Position numbers and translations under genes: made by a program
NCBI RefSeq assembly: GCF_006345805.1
Contig: NC_043000.1
Span: forward strand, 161,944,001 to 162,008,000
DNA from: Octopus sinensis
Lineage: Eukaryota
DNA length: 64,000 bases
Direction: 5' to 3'
The notes under the pieces: generated by a model
The model's input: only the letters and a program-made list of their open reading frames with translations
Databases searched by the model: none
What the model was told of the DNA's origin: nothing
Shown here: piece by piece, positions 14,440 to 28,608 of the stretch
Position numbering within the stretch: position 1 is the stretch's first letter
Layout: every line of letters begins with the position of its first letter

Positions 14440-14930
14440 TAGAGCCTCAGTCACACTGTGCTAGCATAGGGGGCCAAACTTCCCAAGCACAGAGTATTGC
14501 CAATTGTCTTTGTTTTTTGTCATCTCTTCCCTGCAGCTCAACATCTTATGAAACCAGGCTTCACCTCTCCATTCCACATTTTTCTTCGTCTCCCTTTTCC
14601 ACAGGGTCTGTCTACTGTAAGCTGTGAGCACTTTTTTCATCTGTATCTTTTATTTGTATTCATACATATCATATGTCCAAACTAATGCAACCCTCTCTCT
14701 TTTGCACCACATCTGATTTCTCTTATGCCCAGTTTTTCTATCAATTCATTTGTATCTTGTTGTTCATGTACATCTATCTTGTACATTCCTTGGAGCATGC
14801 TTGCTTCATTCCTTCTCCGTTCTTTGCCGGTCTTCTACTTCCTGGACACATGTCTCACTGTTAGGTTGTACTGAAGTTTGTACACAGGCTTCACAGAGTT
14901 TGTGAGAAACTTTTAATTACCTTGAGAGAT
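14440..14930 (-). mobile_element. RTE-clade LINE 3' fragment (degraded)
   Basis: Reverse complement translates, with stops and frameshifts, to KLCEACVQTSV..SETC..FGHMICM..KKCSQLTVDRPCGKGRRRKMW, the RTE C-terminal YGSETW / RWFGHV / GRGRP..W pattern. It ends with CCCCTATGCTAGCA, similar to the RTE-type tail. Confidence 0.75.
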
Positions 14931-14974
14931 TGAAGCTCTCTAGCCTCTTCTTACTCTCGTTACTCTACTTTCAG

Positions 14975-14996
14975 AATATTCTCTACCACTGCCTAG
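14975..14996 (+). CDS. Candidate 22-bp micro-exon (phase 1-2), YSLPLP
   Basis: Strong polypyrimidine acceptor CTCTACTTTCAG and donor AG|GTAACA. Phase fits the neighbouring candidates. Confidence 0.4.
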
Positions 14997-15362
14997 GTAA
15001 CATAAGCCATTTACTACTTCTATGTATACACCTGGGCATTTAAAAGCATCTATTTTTCATAGACTCTTCATTATTATTAGTTTTGCTCAGCTGCTACATA
15101 CAAAGTCTGCTTTGTTTTTTTAAGAAGCCCATGATTCCATTACAAACACGTGTGCGTCCATAGTTTGCATTTGACTACTCTTCAGTAGTCTACCGACTAC
15201 TCTTCAGCATTCTGGTGATAGCAGAGTCAAGTCTGTTTTCCTACTTGTCTTTGCTAAGTTAACTTTGATTCCAAATTTTGTTTCCACACCTGAAATTTTT
15301 ACCATAATCTTATCACAGATTCGTTTGTAAGAATGAGTGTGTGTGTGTGCGTGTGCACGCAT

Positions 15363-15398
<36 letters not shown>

Positions 15399-15399
15399 T

Positions 15400-15445
<46 letters not shown>

Positions 15446-16080
15446 CAGCTATGTATATATTTGTATATATATATGTATATATGTATGTATATATACAGAG
15501 CTATGCATATATTTGTATATATATATATATATGTAATATGAACATATATACATACATATATGTGTGTGCATATATGTGTACATATATATACACACACACA
15601 TGCATATATATAATCTAGTTAGGTTACTTCATTGATATTTTATCTTCGCTCTCTTTTCAAATTACAAAGATTATTTTATAAATTTGCAACTATAAATAGC
15701 CTAAACTATTAATAATGTTGTAAATTATATAACAAATGATGTGTTTAAAGTTATACCTTAGTTATTATAAATTTTTCTATACAAAAGCTGAATAAAAAAC
15801 TATAATTCATTAAATTGTTACATAATAAGCAACAAAAGAATGAAAAAGTCAATGGTTACATTAGAATTTAAATAATTTTGTAAGGATTACATAAGTTTTT
15901 CAGTTGAGGACAAATTATCATTTGAAATTTATTTAATGTATATCCTTTAAATTAGATTCTGAATAATGTTCTTCATACTTATACAAATATATTTGATGTT
16001 TTCTACAGATAGGTTATATAATAGAAATATTTAAATACTCTCCAAGACAAAATTAAGGGCTGATGTATACATACATACAT

Positions 16081-16126
<46 letters not shown>

Positions 16127-17194
16127 TTAAATACTAGGCGCCTCAAAATCAGAAAGAAGAAAGCTAATTCAAAGACGACAGATACAATCCATTACTGGAA
16201 CTGTAAAAATCTGTAAAATTTTCCAGAAGTTTATCATTTAAATATATATGAGCATGTCTAGATATGCAACTATATGCATGAGAATAAATACATAACATAA
16301 AACATACAAAGCTGCACATATGCCTACTTACATGCAGCCAAAATTACCCTGGTGTTGATGTTGAAATTTCAATGAAGGCGTCTTGGATCTAGGTTAGATA
16401 CTGGCTTTTGCTCTATTGGCAAGAAATCTTGAAATAAAACTGAATAATGACGTACATACACAAAGGCATGTGTACATGCAGGTGCATATACACATATATA
16501 TATATATATATAAGTGAATATGTACACATGTACAAACAAACACACACATACGCATACTTAAAATAACCAAGAATCTTTTAAAAGTTAGGTTTCCAGTGTA
16601 AGTTAACTCTCCTATGTATTTGCTTATTTTTTAATGATTTTACTTAAATACCTTACAATTGCAAATATATGTATCTTCTTCAGATTTAAAAGATAGTTTA
16701 GATTTGATTGATTGATTGATTTATTGATTGATAGACAGACAGACAGATAAAAAAAAAAAGCTCTCCAGAATAGGAATAAGTAGAAAATTAAAAGATATAT
16801 AAAATGATTAGTTATTTTTAGAACTAATCTTGTTCTTAATTATTTGCTACTTCGATCATTCAAATACATAAAATGTGTCACTAGTCTATGAATAGTTGTG
16901 CATAAAGATATAATCACTACAACATCTATCTATCTGTCTGCATGTCTGTCTACCCGCCTGCCTATCTGCCTTGTTTCCTAAGTCTTCAAAGAAGTGAAGA
17001 CATCAGATGATATATTGACAGCGAGTTTGTTGACTGTGTAATAACTGCAATGTCACTGCTTGTAGCTGAGGGATTTTTCAAAGAAATGCAGATGCAAATA
17101 AACATACAGAAAAGCACAAAGAACACACATACTCAAATATATATGGGTGTGTATGTGTGCATATATATACACACACACCCTGATAGTGTCTCTT

Positions 17195-17305
17195 TATTTT
17201 TTTTGTACCTGTCCCCAATCTGCTATAATTATTTTTTTTTTGTACCTATCCCCAATCTGCTATAATTATTTTTTTTTTGTACCTATCCCCAATCTGCTAT
17301 AATTA
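17195..17305. repeat. ~38-bp minisatellite, 3 copies (TTTTTTTGTACCT(G/A)TCCCCAATCTGCTATAATTA)
   Basis: Direct inspection. Confidence 0.9.
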
Positions 17306-17561
17306 ATGAGGTTCTTTTGGAAATAGTTTGCTTGACCCCCATTTTCTTCACTCTTAAATTTATAGCCATTGCTTACATCTTGGGCCAATAATAGACATCT
17401 TATAATAACTGACTCACCTTCAGCTACTCAACCTCTCGTACTCTTCTCATCCCTCTCTATCTTTATATCTATATAGCTCTACATCTCTCTCTCTCTCTCA
17501 TTTTAATTTATAGAAATTATTTATTTTTATAAACACTATCTTCCCTAAGCAATTTGCTCAG

Positions 17562-17610
17562 TTCTGATGAAATCATGACTTCTGATGAAATCATGGCTTT
17601 GTTGCATGGA
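17562..17610 (+). CDS. Candidate exon (phase 2-0), SDEIMTSDEIMALLHG, with an internal 18-bp tandem duplication
   Basis: TTTGCTCAG acceptor and GGA|GTAACC donor. TTCTGATGAAATCATG(A/G)C is repeated in frame. Confidence 0.3.
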
Positions 17611-18177
17611 GTAACCAAAATCTGTGCTTATTGGTACTTTTTCTTTATTTCCATGTGTACTGAAAATACCCCTCAATATTGGACGTCTTTGCATATTAGA
17701 TAATTATATCAAGCATTAATCAATTATCAGAAACAGCTGTAGACATAAGACTTGATAACATCATGTAAATTGTTTTCAACTTTTCATACAAATACATTCC
17801 TTATGCCTGGTATTGTCTGTCAGTCTTTCTACTTCAAAATCTGTTCAATGTTGATTGTTCTTCAAACCAACCTTCTATATCTGGATGACTTCAACTTGAA
17901 GCAGTTAAAGTTTAAGATTTGATTTTCTCTGAGCTCTGCTTGATTACTGTCTATAACATGCTTACATAAGTATTTTATAATTTCATAACCAATTGTTTCA
18001 TACACACTCACACACATACAAACACACACACACACGAATTTTGATAGATATATACATACATAGATGTGTGTGTGTGAATGTTAGGGGATTTGTATTATTC
18101 TTTGTCTTCACTTGTGTGTAAGGATTGTAAACAAAAAGTCTTCCCATTCAAACAGAGACTGTTATATTTACTTGCAG

Positions 18178-18350
18178 ACCATGATGGATGTGTATGAGTT
18201 TCTTGATATATCTTCCCATATTACAGGCTGTCCAGTGACAAAAATCTTTCCATTCATAGAATACATTGTCACTTTATTGCAGTCCTCTGCAGAGGCGTGC
18301 CTAAGCTGTTTGATGCTTAACGAACTGGGGAATTTGTTGCTTAGAAACAG
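18178..18350 (+). CDS. Internal coding exon (phase 0-2) of an unidentified, probably alpha-helical protein
   Basis: TTTACTTGCAG acceptor, CAG|GTGAGG donor, 173 bp open: TMMDVYEFLDISSHITGCPVTKIFPFIEYIVTLLQSSAEACLSCLMLNELGNLLLRN(R). Higher complexity than the flanks. Confidence 0.55.
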
Positions 18351-18490
18351 GTGAGGTGTGGCAACTGGAAGGACATTTAGCCACAGAAATCTCTGCCTAA
18401 ACATAGTTTTTTTTTTCTTTTAATCAATGACAGCCTGGAAAAGTATGTTAATTAAAACTATGCTAAGGATATTGATGATGTGTGTGTGCT

Positions 18491-18540
<50 letters not shown>

Positions 18541-18634
18541 GGTCGATTTGTTCGACTGAAGGCAGTGCTCCAGCTTGGTCACAGTCAAATGGCTGAAATA
18601 AGTAAAAGAAAAGAAAAGGAATAAAAGAATGTAT

Positions 18635-18666
<32 letters not shown>

Positions 18667-19011
18667 TTATACAAATTTTTAGTTTCTACCTATTAATTCC
18701 ACTCCCTAAGGCATTGGTCAGCCTGAACTTATAGAACACAATACCTGCTCAAAGTGCCATGCAACAGCACTGAACCTGAAGCTGCATGGTTATGAAGTAA
18801 TCTTTTTAAGAAAACAGTCATACCTGCACTTATAGAGTGAAAATTGGTTGAACTTCTACTTAGACTCAAACTTCGATCACCGTTTTCATAGTCTAAGGTA
18901 TTCACCATACACATACATATTTTTGTACACAATTTAGATACATAGACACGCCCACACCCACATATATATATCTATATACACATACATATACATATATATA
19001 TACATATATAT

Positions 19012-19042
<31 letters not shown>

Positions 19043-19161
19043 AAAAACCACCAATCTGGTATAGGGTGGATGGTTACAACTGGATGCCTTCCTTAATACC
19101 AACCATTCATTTATATATTTACACAAATATATAAACACATTTATGTACTTATATATTTAAA

Positions 19162-19196
<35 letters not shown>

Positions 19197-20613
19197 GTAT
19201 ATGTATATATTTGTGCGTTTGTGTATGGATGTATGTGTGTGTGTATATATGTATATATATTATGTTGATGATATATATATATTTATTTGTGTGTGCATGC
19301 ATATATTTATGTATATACATACATACATATATATATATGTGTGTATATATATGTTTATATTATTTACAGATATGTGTGTGTGTTTGTGTAGGTGTAAAAA
19401 ATGGAAACTGTGCTGAAAATTATAAATATCAATAAGTGGAAAGGTCTACAAAGACATGTGGAAATCCTTCCCTTTCTGACCAAGGCATATGATTTTTGTT
19501 AGGCAAAAACATGGATTCACCCATATGGCAAGCCCCAGTGATTATAGATATCATTAGGGTGAAAGGTAAAATGCTTTATGAAGTTTTACAACATAACAGG
19601 CAAAGGACAGTGCCTTACAGTGGGAATGATACAACAAGACAAGTAAATATAGTTTTAGAAATTTATATAAAAAAAATAAGAGGATGAAACAAACCGGGAG
19701 AATGTTTGCAAAACCTTAGCTAAGAAAGATGACTTTGAGGAAAATAACACCTGAGAGGATAAGAGGAGAAATGGGGAGAGGGGTGAGTTTGAAGTTCAAG
19801 AATATAATAGGTGCAAGAGAAGCGTAAGGAAAAAACCAGAGGCAGCTGTGGTGTATTAATACTAGAATGCAATGGAGAATGGAAGGGACAGTGATAGTAT
19901 ATTACATACAGAGAGTATGTATATATATTACAGTGTGTGATTTATTCAGAGCTGAAATCAAATCGTTCAAAGAAATTCTTGTTATCCTCATCATTATCAT
20001 TTTGCATTCACTGTCCATGATGGCATGGGTTGAATAAATCTGCTCACTTGATGGATTAAAGAACTGCATCTCACTAGCATTTCATTTTGTGTTGGTTTCT
20101 TAAGGCTGATTGCTTTCCTTATACAAACCACTCAACAGGGTGTACTGGGTGCATTTTCATTATGCCTGCACTAGAGGTGTGGTGTGTATATGTGTGTGTA
20201 TATATATATATAGAGAGAGAGAGAGATTGATAGATAGATAGATCCACAAGTCAACATATACACAAGCACACACATGCATACACACACCACACATGCACAA
20301 ACACACACGATGCATTGCTGTACACTTCATGATTTCCAGGTTCATTCAGAAGGCATTAGTCAACATAGAGCTGTGACCTTATAGTCTCACAGAGAGAACT
20401 AACTCAAAGGCGCATATGCATGGAGCAAATTTTAAATCACACCTGCACAACCTATATATATATGTATGTATGTATAGGTATATGTATATATATATATATG
20501 TATATGTATATATATATATGTATGTATATATACTTGTATGTATATATATATATGTATATATACATGTATGTAAATATATATATATATAGGTATATATATG
20601 TAAATGTCTTTAG

Positions 20614-20647
20614 GTTGTCAAATGGATTGTTGAAAATATTCCCTGAT
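20614..20647 (+). CDS. Candidate exon (phase 2-0), [11 protein letters not shown]
   Basis: GTCTTTAG acceptor and GAT|GTAAGG donor. Phase joins 18350 to 24861. Confidence 0.35.
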
Positions 20648-21033
20648 GTAAGGCAGCTGATGTCACAGACCAAATCCAAATAAGTTGGAGTACTTTCATG
20701 GTTTATTTCCATCAACTTGGCTGCTGTGGCAGAACAGCTGGAAGGAAACCTGTTCTTCAATCAGTGTCTATTTACTTTTGAGATGTGTGTGTGTGTGTGT
20801 GTGTACATTGAAAGAAAGAAAATGGAGAATAATGGATGCTTAAATAGTTTATTCGTATGATATAAAAATTGAAATTTTTAATAAAAAAATACAAATAAAT
20901 TATAAATTGTAAAGCTCTAAAAGAAATGGCCAATGCCAAAAACCTATACATATGTTTCGATTCATACCCTTAGTTGATATGTAATTCTTAGTATTTGCTA
21001 AGAATTGGTATCATTTTCAACTGTATTCGACAG

Positions 21034-21172
21034 AATCTTGTCAGAGCTTTATGAGCTTGTTACAGAATTTGTCTGCATCCTTTCAAGAGATATGTTAACC
21101 TTTGTTCTAAAAACTCATAAAGCCCTGATAAGATTCTACCCCATACGGTTGCAAAATGATATCAATTCTTAG
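21034..21172 (+). CDS. Candidate alternative (terminal?) exon, ILSELYELVTEFVCILSRDMLTFVLKTHKALIRFYPIRLQNDINS*
   Basis: TATTCGACAG acceptor in phase 2, open for 45 codons to TAG at 21170-21172. No strong donor. Confidence 0.3.
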
Positions 21173-21550
21173 CAAATGCTTAGAATTATGTATCAACTAG
21201 GGGAATGAATCAAAACATATATGTAGGCTTTTGGCACCTACCATTTCTTTTAGAGCTTTAGAATTTATAATTTATTTGTATTGTTTTTATAAAAAAAATT
21301 CAGCATCTTTATATCATACAAATAAATTACTTATACGTCCACTATTCTCCATCTTCTATCTTTCAATATTGATAGTATGTACTACTATAATAATCCCTAA
21401 CATATTGTTGAGACTTTCTTTTTATATGACAGTGATAAAACAGTGGAACTTTTGGATTATTTAATCCTTAATGAGAACCTAACATTCTTGAATTGACTAT
21501 ATATATATATATATGTATATGTATATATGTATATATATATATATATATTA

Positions 21551-22400
21551 CAACACCTGTCTCTGTTCAGATTGTCCTTGCACAGGGGCCATCCAGACTT
21601 CTGTTTATGCCAGGAACAGGGATTAACCTTGTCTCTTCACTCCTTTGCACCACATGGGCTCAACTCTTCTCCCCTCTTCATTTAACCTCCTCCCCTTGCC
21701 TCTCTCCCCCTCACACCTACTTCCTCCCACCCACCTCTCTTCTCTTGCTCCGACTCCTACTTCTCTTCACTCCTACTCTTCTCTCTTCTCTTCACTTCTA
21801 TCCAACTTTTCCTCTCCCCTTTATCATCACCCTTCCCTTGTAAGCCCACCCCTACACATTCCACTCCCCACCTTCCCTATCCTTTCCCATCCCACCCCAT
21901 CCCTTTCACCTACTCCCACATATGCCACTTCTACCACCGCCCTCTACCTATCCATATACCCCACCCTCAGCCTAACCCACACCCCACCCTTGCTTTCCCC
22001 ACTTTTGCCTCCCCACCTCCCAACACCATCACACCACACCACCACGCACAAATCAGCACTGACCACTTCCCAGACCTACATTTTTACACCTACACATACA
22101 CACACGCACACATCAAGATCCACATGCTCATACAAACTCTTATACACAGTCACATGCAACTTCGTTTTGGTATCACCACTACTTTATTATCTCCCCTTCT
22201 CCCTAGCTCTCTTGTGTGACCTTTCTGTCCGGCATTCACCATGATAGATCACTAGCCACTACACATTCTTTATTTTCTCTCCTTGTTTCTTTCTGTGTCC
22301 CTTTCTGTGGAAGAGCATTAAAGACTTTTTCACTTCCCGAGCATTAAACTAATACATCTGTTTGTTGTCTACACCACCTGTCTTTGTCTTTTGTCTTTTT
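21551..22400 (+). mobile_element. Probable Penelope-like element relic (C-rich body, GGAAGAGC..AAAGACTTTTTCACTTCCCGAGC..AAACTAATACATCTG tail)
   Basis: C/T-rich body. The tail resembles a recurrent PLE terminal-repeat sequence recalled from memory, not searched. Confidence 0.45.
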
Positions 22401-22427
22401 GTGAATTCTCCCTATTATTATTATATA

Positions 22428-22458
<31 letters not shown>

Positions 22459-22779
22459 TTAGGGAGTATATTTGCCTAATAGTTGTTTTATCTCTAATTT
22501 AATTTATATATATATATATATATTGAACAGGCTGAGCATTTTCCCCATTTAATCTTGTGTGAAATCAAACACAATGGGTTTGATGTTCCAAAGACTTGCT
22601 TCTGTCTGGCAGTGAAAAAGAAACCCAGAGAAGCAAGTGCCAATCACACAACCATGTTTCACTCCACTGTTGAAAAATATTTCAAAGCAGAGTCTTCAAA
22701 CTGAATGATGTCTTTCTGATAAGTGTAGAATGAATGAACAATCCTGAGGTAAATTAGGTGGGCATCCTATCTTGACAAA

Positions 22780-23135
22780 GATATTGAACATCTAGTGTTC
22801 CAAATGCATTCGGCTCTACTGCCAATATACACTGCTAGACCAGTGCTGGTGAGAAGGAACAGTGTCACAGGACATGAGAGACTGCAATATTGTTAACCTG
22901 TACAAGAACAAATGGGATAGAAGTAATTGTAGCATCTACAGAAGAATCTTCTTAAGCTTCATAGGGAAGTTCTTCAGATTTACTATTCCACAAAGACAGC
23001 AGAAAATCACTGAAAGGATATACTCTGATTCTAAAAGTAGCTTCAGGTCAGAATGCTTCAAACAGTTACCATGAACTTCTCCCTTCGATAACTATGGAAA
23101 AAAATGCAGAGAGCAAAAGCAACTCTGTATACAGA
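22780..23135 (+). mobile_element. RTE-clade LINE reverse-transcriptase fragment
   Basis: Translates as SQDMRDCNIVNLYKNKWDRSNCSIYRRIFLSFIGK..ITERIYSDSKSSFRSE, then (frameshift) NFSLR*LWKKCREQK. This matches the RTE pattern PQD.RDA.I..LYKNKGDRSDC.NYRGISLLS..GK / PESQCGFR / EKCREQ. Confidence 0.8.
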
Positions 23136-23550
<415 letters not shown>

Positions 23551-24536
23551 GATTTATATGTCATTTTTAAATTTATTCTCACTGGTTTTCTTTAGATTTC
23601 AGAGCCAGCACTGGAAGTAACAACATTTCAAATACAAACGTATCTATGTAAACTGCGTGATCAAAGATAGAAAAAATAGGTAATGGTGTAAATGCATACT
23701 TTTTGAAATATGCATATACACTTATTGCTTACATTTTCTATCTTCAGTTACATTGTTTACATAGACATATTCATATGTGAAATGTCATAACTTTCAGTAG
23801 TGGCTTTGAATTTTATAAAAAACAAAATCTGTAGATAACCTTAGTAATGAGAACATCACATTGTCATTACAAAAAGTTAGAAACAATATTAACTTGTACA
23901 CCTTTAATATATTTAGTCATATATTATGGTTGCGAAACAAAATACAGTGTCCTTGCTAGCAAGTAGTACATACATACATACACACACCAATATATATACA
24001 TAAATATTCATGTACATATATCCACATACACATGCACATATTCATACATGCACACTCATATATATATATATGTATTTGTACCACATAATCTTGCCATCAT
24101 GTATTAATTGTAAATGAGTGTCACCATCATACAAGCGGTGTCATTCATTTCCAATACTACATGAAAATATGTCTGGTAAAGGAGAAATGTCATCTTACTT
24201 AGAAACATGAGGAATAGCAAGAAGGGTACCCAACCTTATAAATTCCGACCATGCAAGCATGAAAACTAGACCTTAGAACAGTGTTGATGACATATACACA
24301 TACATACAATCATACATACATATATTATGTGTACATATATATGTGTGTATGTATGTATTATATATACATATAGCTACATATATATATGTAGAAAGCATAT
24401 ATATATTTATATTTTATATATATATGTGTGTGTGTGTGTGTGTGAAAGAGAGAGTTTAGACAGACAGATGGACAGAAAAAGAACAGAGTAGTGTAAGCCT
24501 TTACATATTTTATGTATACCTATGTTTCTGGTAGTA

Positions 24537-24583
<47 letters not shown>

Positions 24584-24611
24584 GTGTGTTTGTGTATATG
24601 CATGTATGTAC

Positions 24612-24652
<41 letters not shown>

Positions 24653-24674
24653 TACACACACACTCACATGTATG

Positions 24675-24715
<41 letters not shown>

Positions 24716-24860
24716 TTGTTACTATAGAACATTCATATAGTTTCACTAAAATAAAGACAACGAATAACTCCAATATAGCCAGTTTTGCCCTTGTAATTCA
24801 ACGAATTTATTTAATATATTTACAAAGTTTTTTTTCATACACTTGTCCTTGTGGTTACAG

Positions 24861-24892
24861 GTAAAGACTGAATGCAATGAAACATTTATCAG
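24861..24892 (+). CDS. Candidate exon (phase 0-2), [10 protein letters not shown]
   Basis: CTTGTGGTTACAG acceptor and CAG|GTAATT donor. Only one frame is open. Confidence 0.45.
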
Positions 24893-25106
24893 GTAATTAT
24901 GTTATGAGAGAAAACAAGTTAAATATGAAATACCTGCATAAATATAAGTGGGAGGTGTAAATCTTTCCTAATTAAAACCCCTTGAACTATCTCTTTATTG
25001 AATCATTATGAATCAAATAATTATTTGAAGCTAAAAGCAACTTGAATCATTTGTTAATAAGTATTTGAATTTTAAATTATTGTATTTAACCAAATTATAT
25101 TTCCAT

Positions 25107-25322
25107 CTAGGGTGGCAAGCTGACAGAATCGTTAGCACTCCAGGTAAAACGCTGGGTGGTATTTCATCCGTCTTCATATTCTGAGTTCAAATTCCGTCAA
25201 GGTAAACTTTGCCCTTCTTCCCTTTCAGGGTCGATAAAATAAGTACCGGTTGAACACTGGGGTCGATGTAATTGACTTAATACCTCCCTCGAAATTGCTG
25301 GCCTAGTGCTAAAATTTGAAAT
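25107..25322 (+). mobile_element. tRNA-derived SINE (Meta-domain-like) with 16-bp TSD
   Basis: TGGCAAGCTGAC A-box-like and GAGTTCAAATTCC B-box-like motifs; central GGGTCGATAAAATAAGTACC..CTGGGGTCGATGT. Perfect direct repeat CAAATTATATTTCCAT at 25091-25106 and 25323-25338. Confidence 0.88.
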
Positions 25323-27281
25323 CAAATTATATTTCCATGTATGTTACTTGTCTGATCATAGATAGCAATCCTTTAGGTTTGTAATGTTAAAGATTACAAA
25401 ATTTGAGACATTTCAAATTAAATATTATTGATATCTTTAATTTGATTTTCTAGACTTAAAAAATATTTTGCAAACATCCAGTATTTTTTAAATACTTAAT
25501 AATCAGCCATAAACCTTACTGCCCAGCTCATCTTTTTAGTCCTTTTTAATCTTTCATTAAAATTCAGTACTTAATTCAGCTTCCATTTTTTCATACATTT
25601 TATTTGGAAAAAAATTTGTTAAAGTTTCTTTTTTATTTGTAAATAGTAACTTATATCTATATTTATTTTGGGAGTTTGTATTCATACATTTTCAAAATAC
25701 TTTATTTAGACATGTTAATTAGTAAATATAGCTTTATGAATTTATACTTGATCTTCAGCTGTTTTAGTAAATTACTAGTTCTAAATATTATTAACAATGA
25801 AATACAGAAAGAAATCACCTTACAAATCCATATAAGCCTAATTGTTATTATTTATATTATGAACATAAGACATTATTGCATTTTAGAAAATTTTTATTTA
25901 TAATTTTAGAAGTTCAGCATGATTTTGAATTCTTTCCTTTAAGAAAAGGGGTGTCTTTTTAAACATGCATACAATGGCACAAGATTATGAATACTTCTTA
26001 AAAACATCTCTTGCATCTTGAAATATACAATATCCACACATGTTAATTGTATAATTATAAAACTTTCATAAAGAACTTATTCATTTTACATCTAAATATT
26101 AAATGATATCTAGTAAAATTTGTGATGAAATTCCTTTTAACAACCTTATCTTATATAATAAAAATGATATTATACATAGAAAGGTATACAAGTACTGAGT
26201 ATCAATTTTGGATATATATGTTTAAGATTACAAGTTCTAAAAGATATATAGGCATCCTATCCCCACCTCCCAGTTACTTAAGTACTACATTCATCATAGT
26301 CTTGTTCTAACATGGAATTCCATAATGTGTAACCTATTTCCCTATGACTTCCATATAACATGTATGTAATATAGGAGTCTTCAAGAAAATAGATTTTGCA
26401 GTACAAGATTCTACATTTTGGCAATATTTTCCAAAGCTCAATGCTTCCATAATATGGGGGAATGCCTATATTATGCTTCAAAATTCACAATTTATTTACT
26501 TCAAAATGAAATTTGAACAATATTTGATTATAAGAATTACTGTAAAATTAAGAATAAGTTCAGACTAATTATTTTTGAAATTTATTAAAAAATTTGCATT
26601 TTTCTAAAAAATTCAGATTTTTTACTGTGTGGAATTCAGTGGTATATCTATATTAAGAATCTGTAATAATTATAATAACTATTTTCAGTAAACTCTATTA
26701 GACTTCTTCAGTTACTTTAAACATCTTAAGAACAATCTTCTGTAACACTTCATGACAAACCACTTCATACGTTTTCCTGACATTACATGTATCTCTCCTT
26801 CTACAACAATCATTTCAAGCATTATTTCTGTCATTTTCTATTGGCATAATTAGCTTAAAAATTTAAACATTCTACTCTTTGCAAAGAAAAATAAAACAAA
26901 CAAAAAAGAAAGGAAAAATGGAATTATTTTTAATATACTTCACTTTCACTTCATACTCTTTTAACAATTTTAGCACCTTCTTTATGCCCATCTCATTTAA
27001 TATAACCAATATTCCCACTATGTGTTTTACCTGAACATCAAAACCAACCTACAAAGATATCAAAATTTTATTTCAAGAATAAAAAAAAATGTCCATGTTC
27101 TTAATTATTGTTATTATTGTAATGGAAATATCCATGTAATTTTCTAAGACTTTTATCAGAATGTCTTGTAATCTATCACCTTTTTTATTAACCAATTGTG
27201 TTTAATTCTGAAAATCATTCTTTGATTTGATTTTGGGATTGGAAAGTACACTAATAATATCCATTTTATCACATTACTCAG

Positions 27282-27296
27282 TTCTATCATAACCAG
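27282..27296 (+). CDS. Candidate 15-bp micro-exon (phase 2-2), SIIT
   Basis: ATTACTCAG acceptor and CAG|GTAACT donor; frame-preserving. Confidence 0.3.
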
Positions 27297-27514
27297 GTAA
27301 CTTTTGGAAGCTCTATAAATTTAACCATTATTATCTTATATATCCATATATATCGGGATGCTAAATATCATATAACCAATTACCGACACTTTCTAGCACG
27401 TGCCAACATGCGTTCTGTTGAGTATCTTGTCATGATTCTTTCTCATTCATAAATTAGTCTATATTATCTCATATTAAATTAAGTATTATTATTTCATTAT
27501 TAATTAAAGTATAG

Positions 27515-27579
27515 GAATGGCATGATTAATATTCTCTGTGCAAACAACATTTTAAATGTATTACTTTGGTATTATTTTG
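27515..27579 (+). CDS. Candidate exon (phase 2-1), NGMINILCANNILNVLLWYYF
   Basis: GTATAG acceptor, TTG|GTAAGT consensus donor, open frame in the required phase. Confidence 0.45.
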
Positions 27580-28576
27580 GTAAGTATTTCTGTACTAAGT
27601 TTTGATTTCTTGGATTAATTTGGCTGACTTTTCATAAGATTTTTAACTTGTGACTTGCTTTTCATGAAGTCATTAGATTTTTTTGTTAATTTAATATCTT
27701 TAAGTTCAATACTTAAAGAAAGATTGTTTGCATTAGGACAACAAGCCAACATACAAAATAATCTCCAGCAAGAAAATATATTGCAAATTTTATGTATTTC
27801 TCTAGTTTAAAGTTTTAGCAATATGAAAAAATGCAGTTAAATGTAGATGTATTTGGTGGTGGATAATGTCTGTATAAGCTATAATAAATCATCAAGCTAC
27901 CAAGCTGGTACTTAGCTCTGGACTCATTAGCATTGAATCAATGAAAAATAACTTCTGTTCAGAACACTTGGGAAATGAATTTTATATTCTAAGAAGTACT
28001 AGTATGTATTTACTGATTTTTTAATGGTTTGGTGAATTGAGAAATATAAAATTAAGAGTTCTTCCCAAAGATGCTTGCCACAAGCAGAAATTCGTGATCC
28101 ATGGTTTAAGAGTCTAATAATATGGGACAAAACTGGTAACTACTTTATATTAATGTAAGATAAAATTTTATAAAAATCAAATTTTTCTTTGCAATAGTAT
28201 CAATAATTATTGTCATAGTAATGCCTTTTCCAAGATAGTAACTAAAATTTTCTGACATTTACAAAATAATATTATTTTAATATCTTATGGTGATGACTAT
28301 TTCAGACCAATAAAGCTAATACATTTTACTTATGCAACTAATACTACAGAGAACATGAACTTTACACAGAGATATTCTTTTTATGCATAAACAGTAGATT
28401 ATATCTGCTTTTCTCTAGACACAAAGCCAAGTGTTTGTTATAATGGAATGATATACTCAATTTTATCAGCTTCATTAAAATATTTGTACTTATTTTATGT
28501 AGAATAGAAGATAAATGCCTGTAACTGAATGCATCTACTTAAACCAGAATTCTATTTATTATTTTTTTCTTTGCAG

Positions 28577-28608
28577 TCATTTTCACTGCACCAAACAAAG
28601 CCAAGATG
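28577..28608 (+). CDS. Candidate exon (phase 1-0), IFTAPNKAKM
   Basis: Very strong acceptor TTTTTTTCTTTGCAG; moderate ATG|GTGAAC donor. Confidence 0.35.

Noticed and set aside
17010-17100. Protein-like frame EFVDCVITAMSLLVAEGFFKEMQ
   Set aside because: No credible GT donor; the frame runs on into microsatellite.
21645-22244. 199-aa S/P/L/H/T-rich ORF
   Set aside because: A by-product of a C-rich retroelement relic; no recognisable domain.
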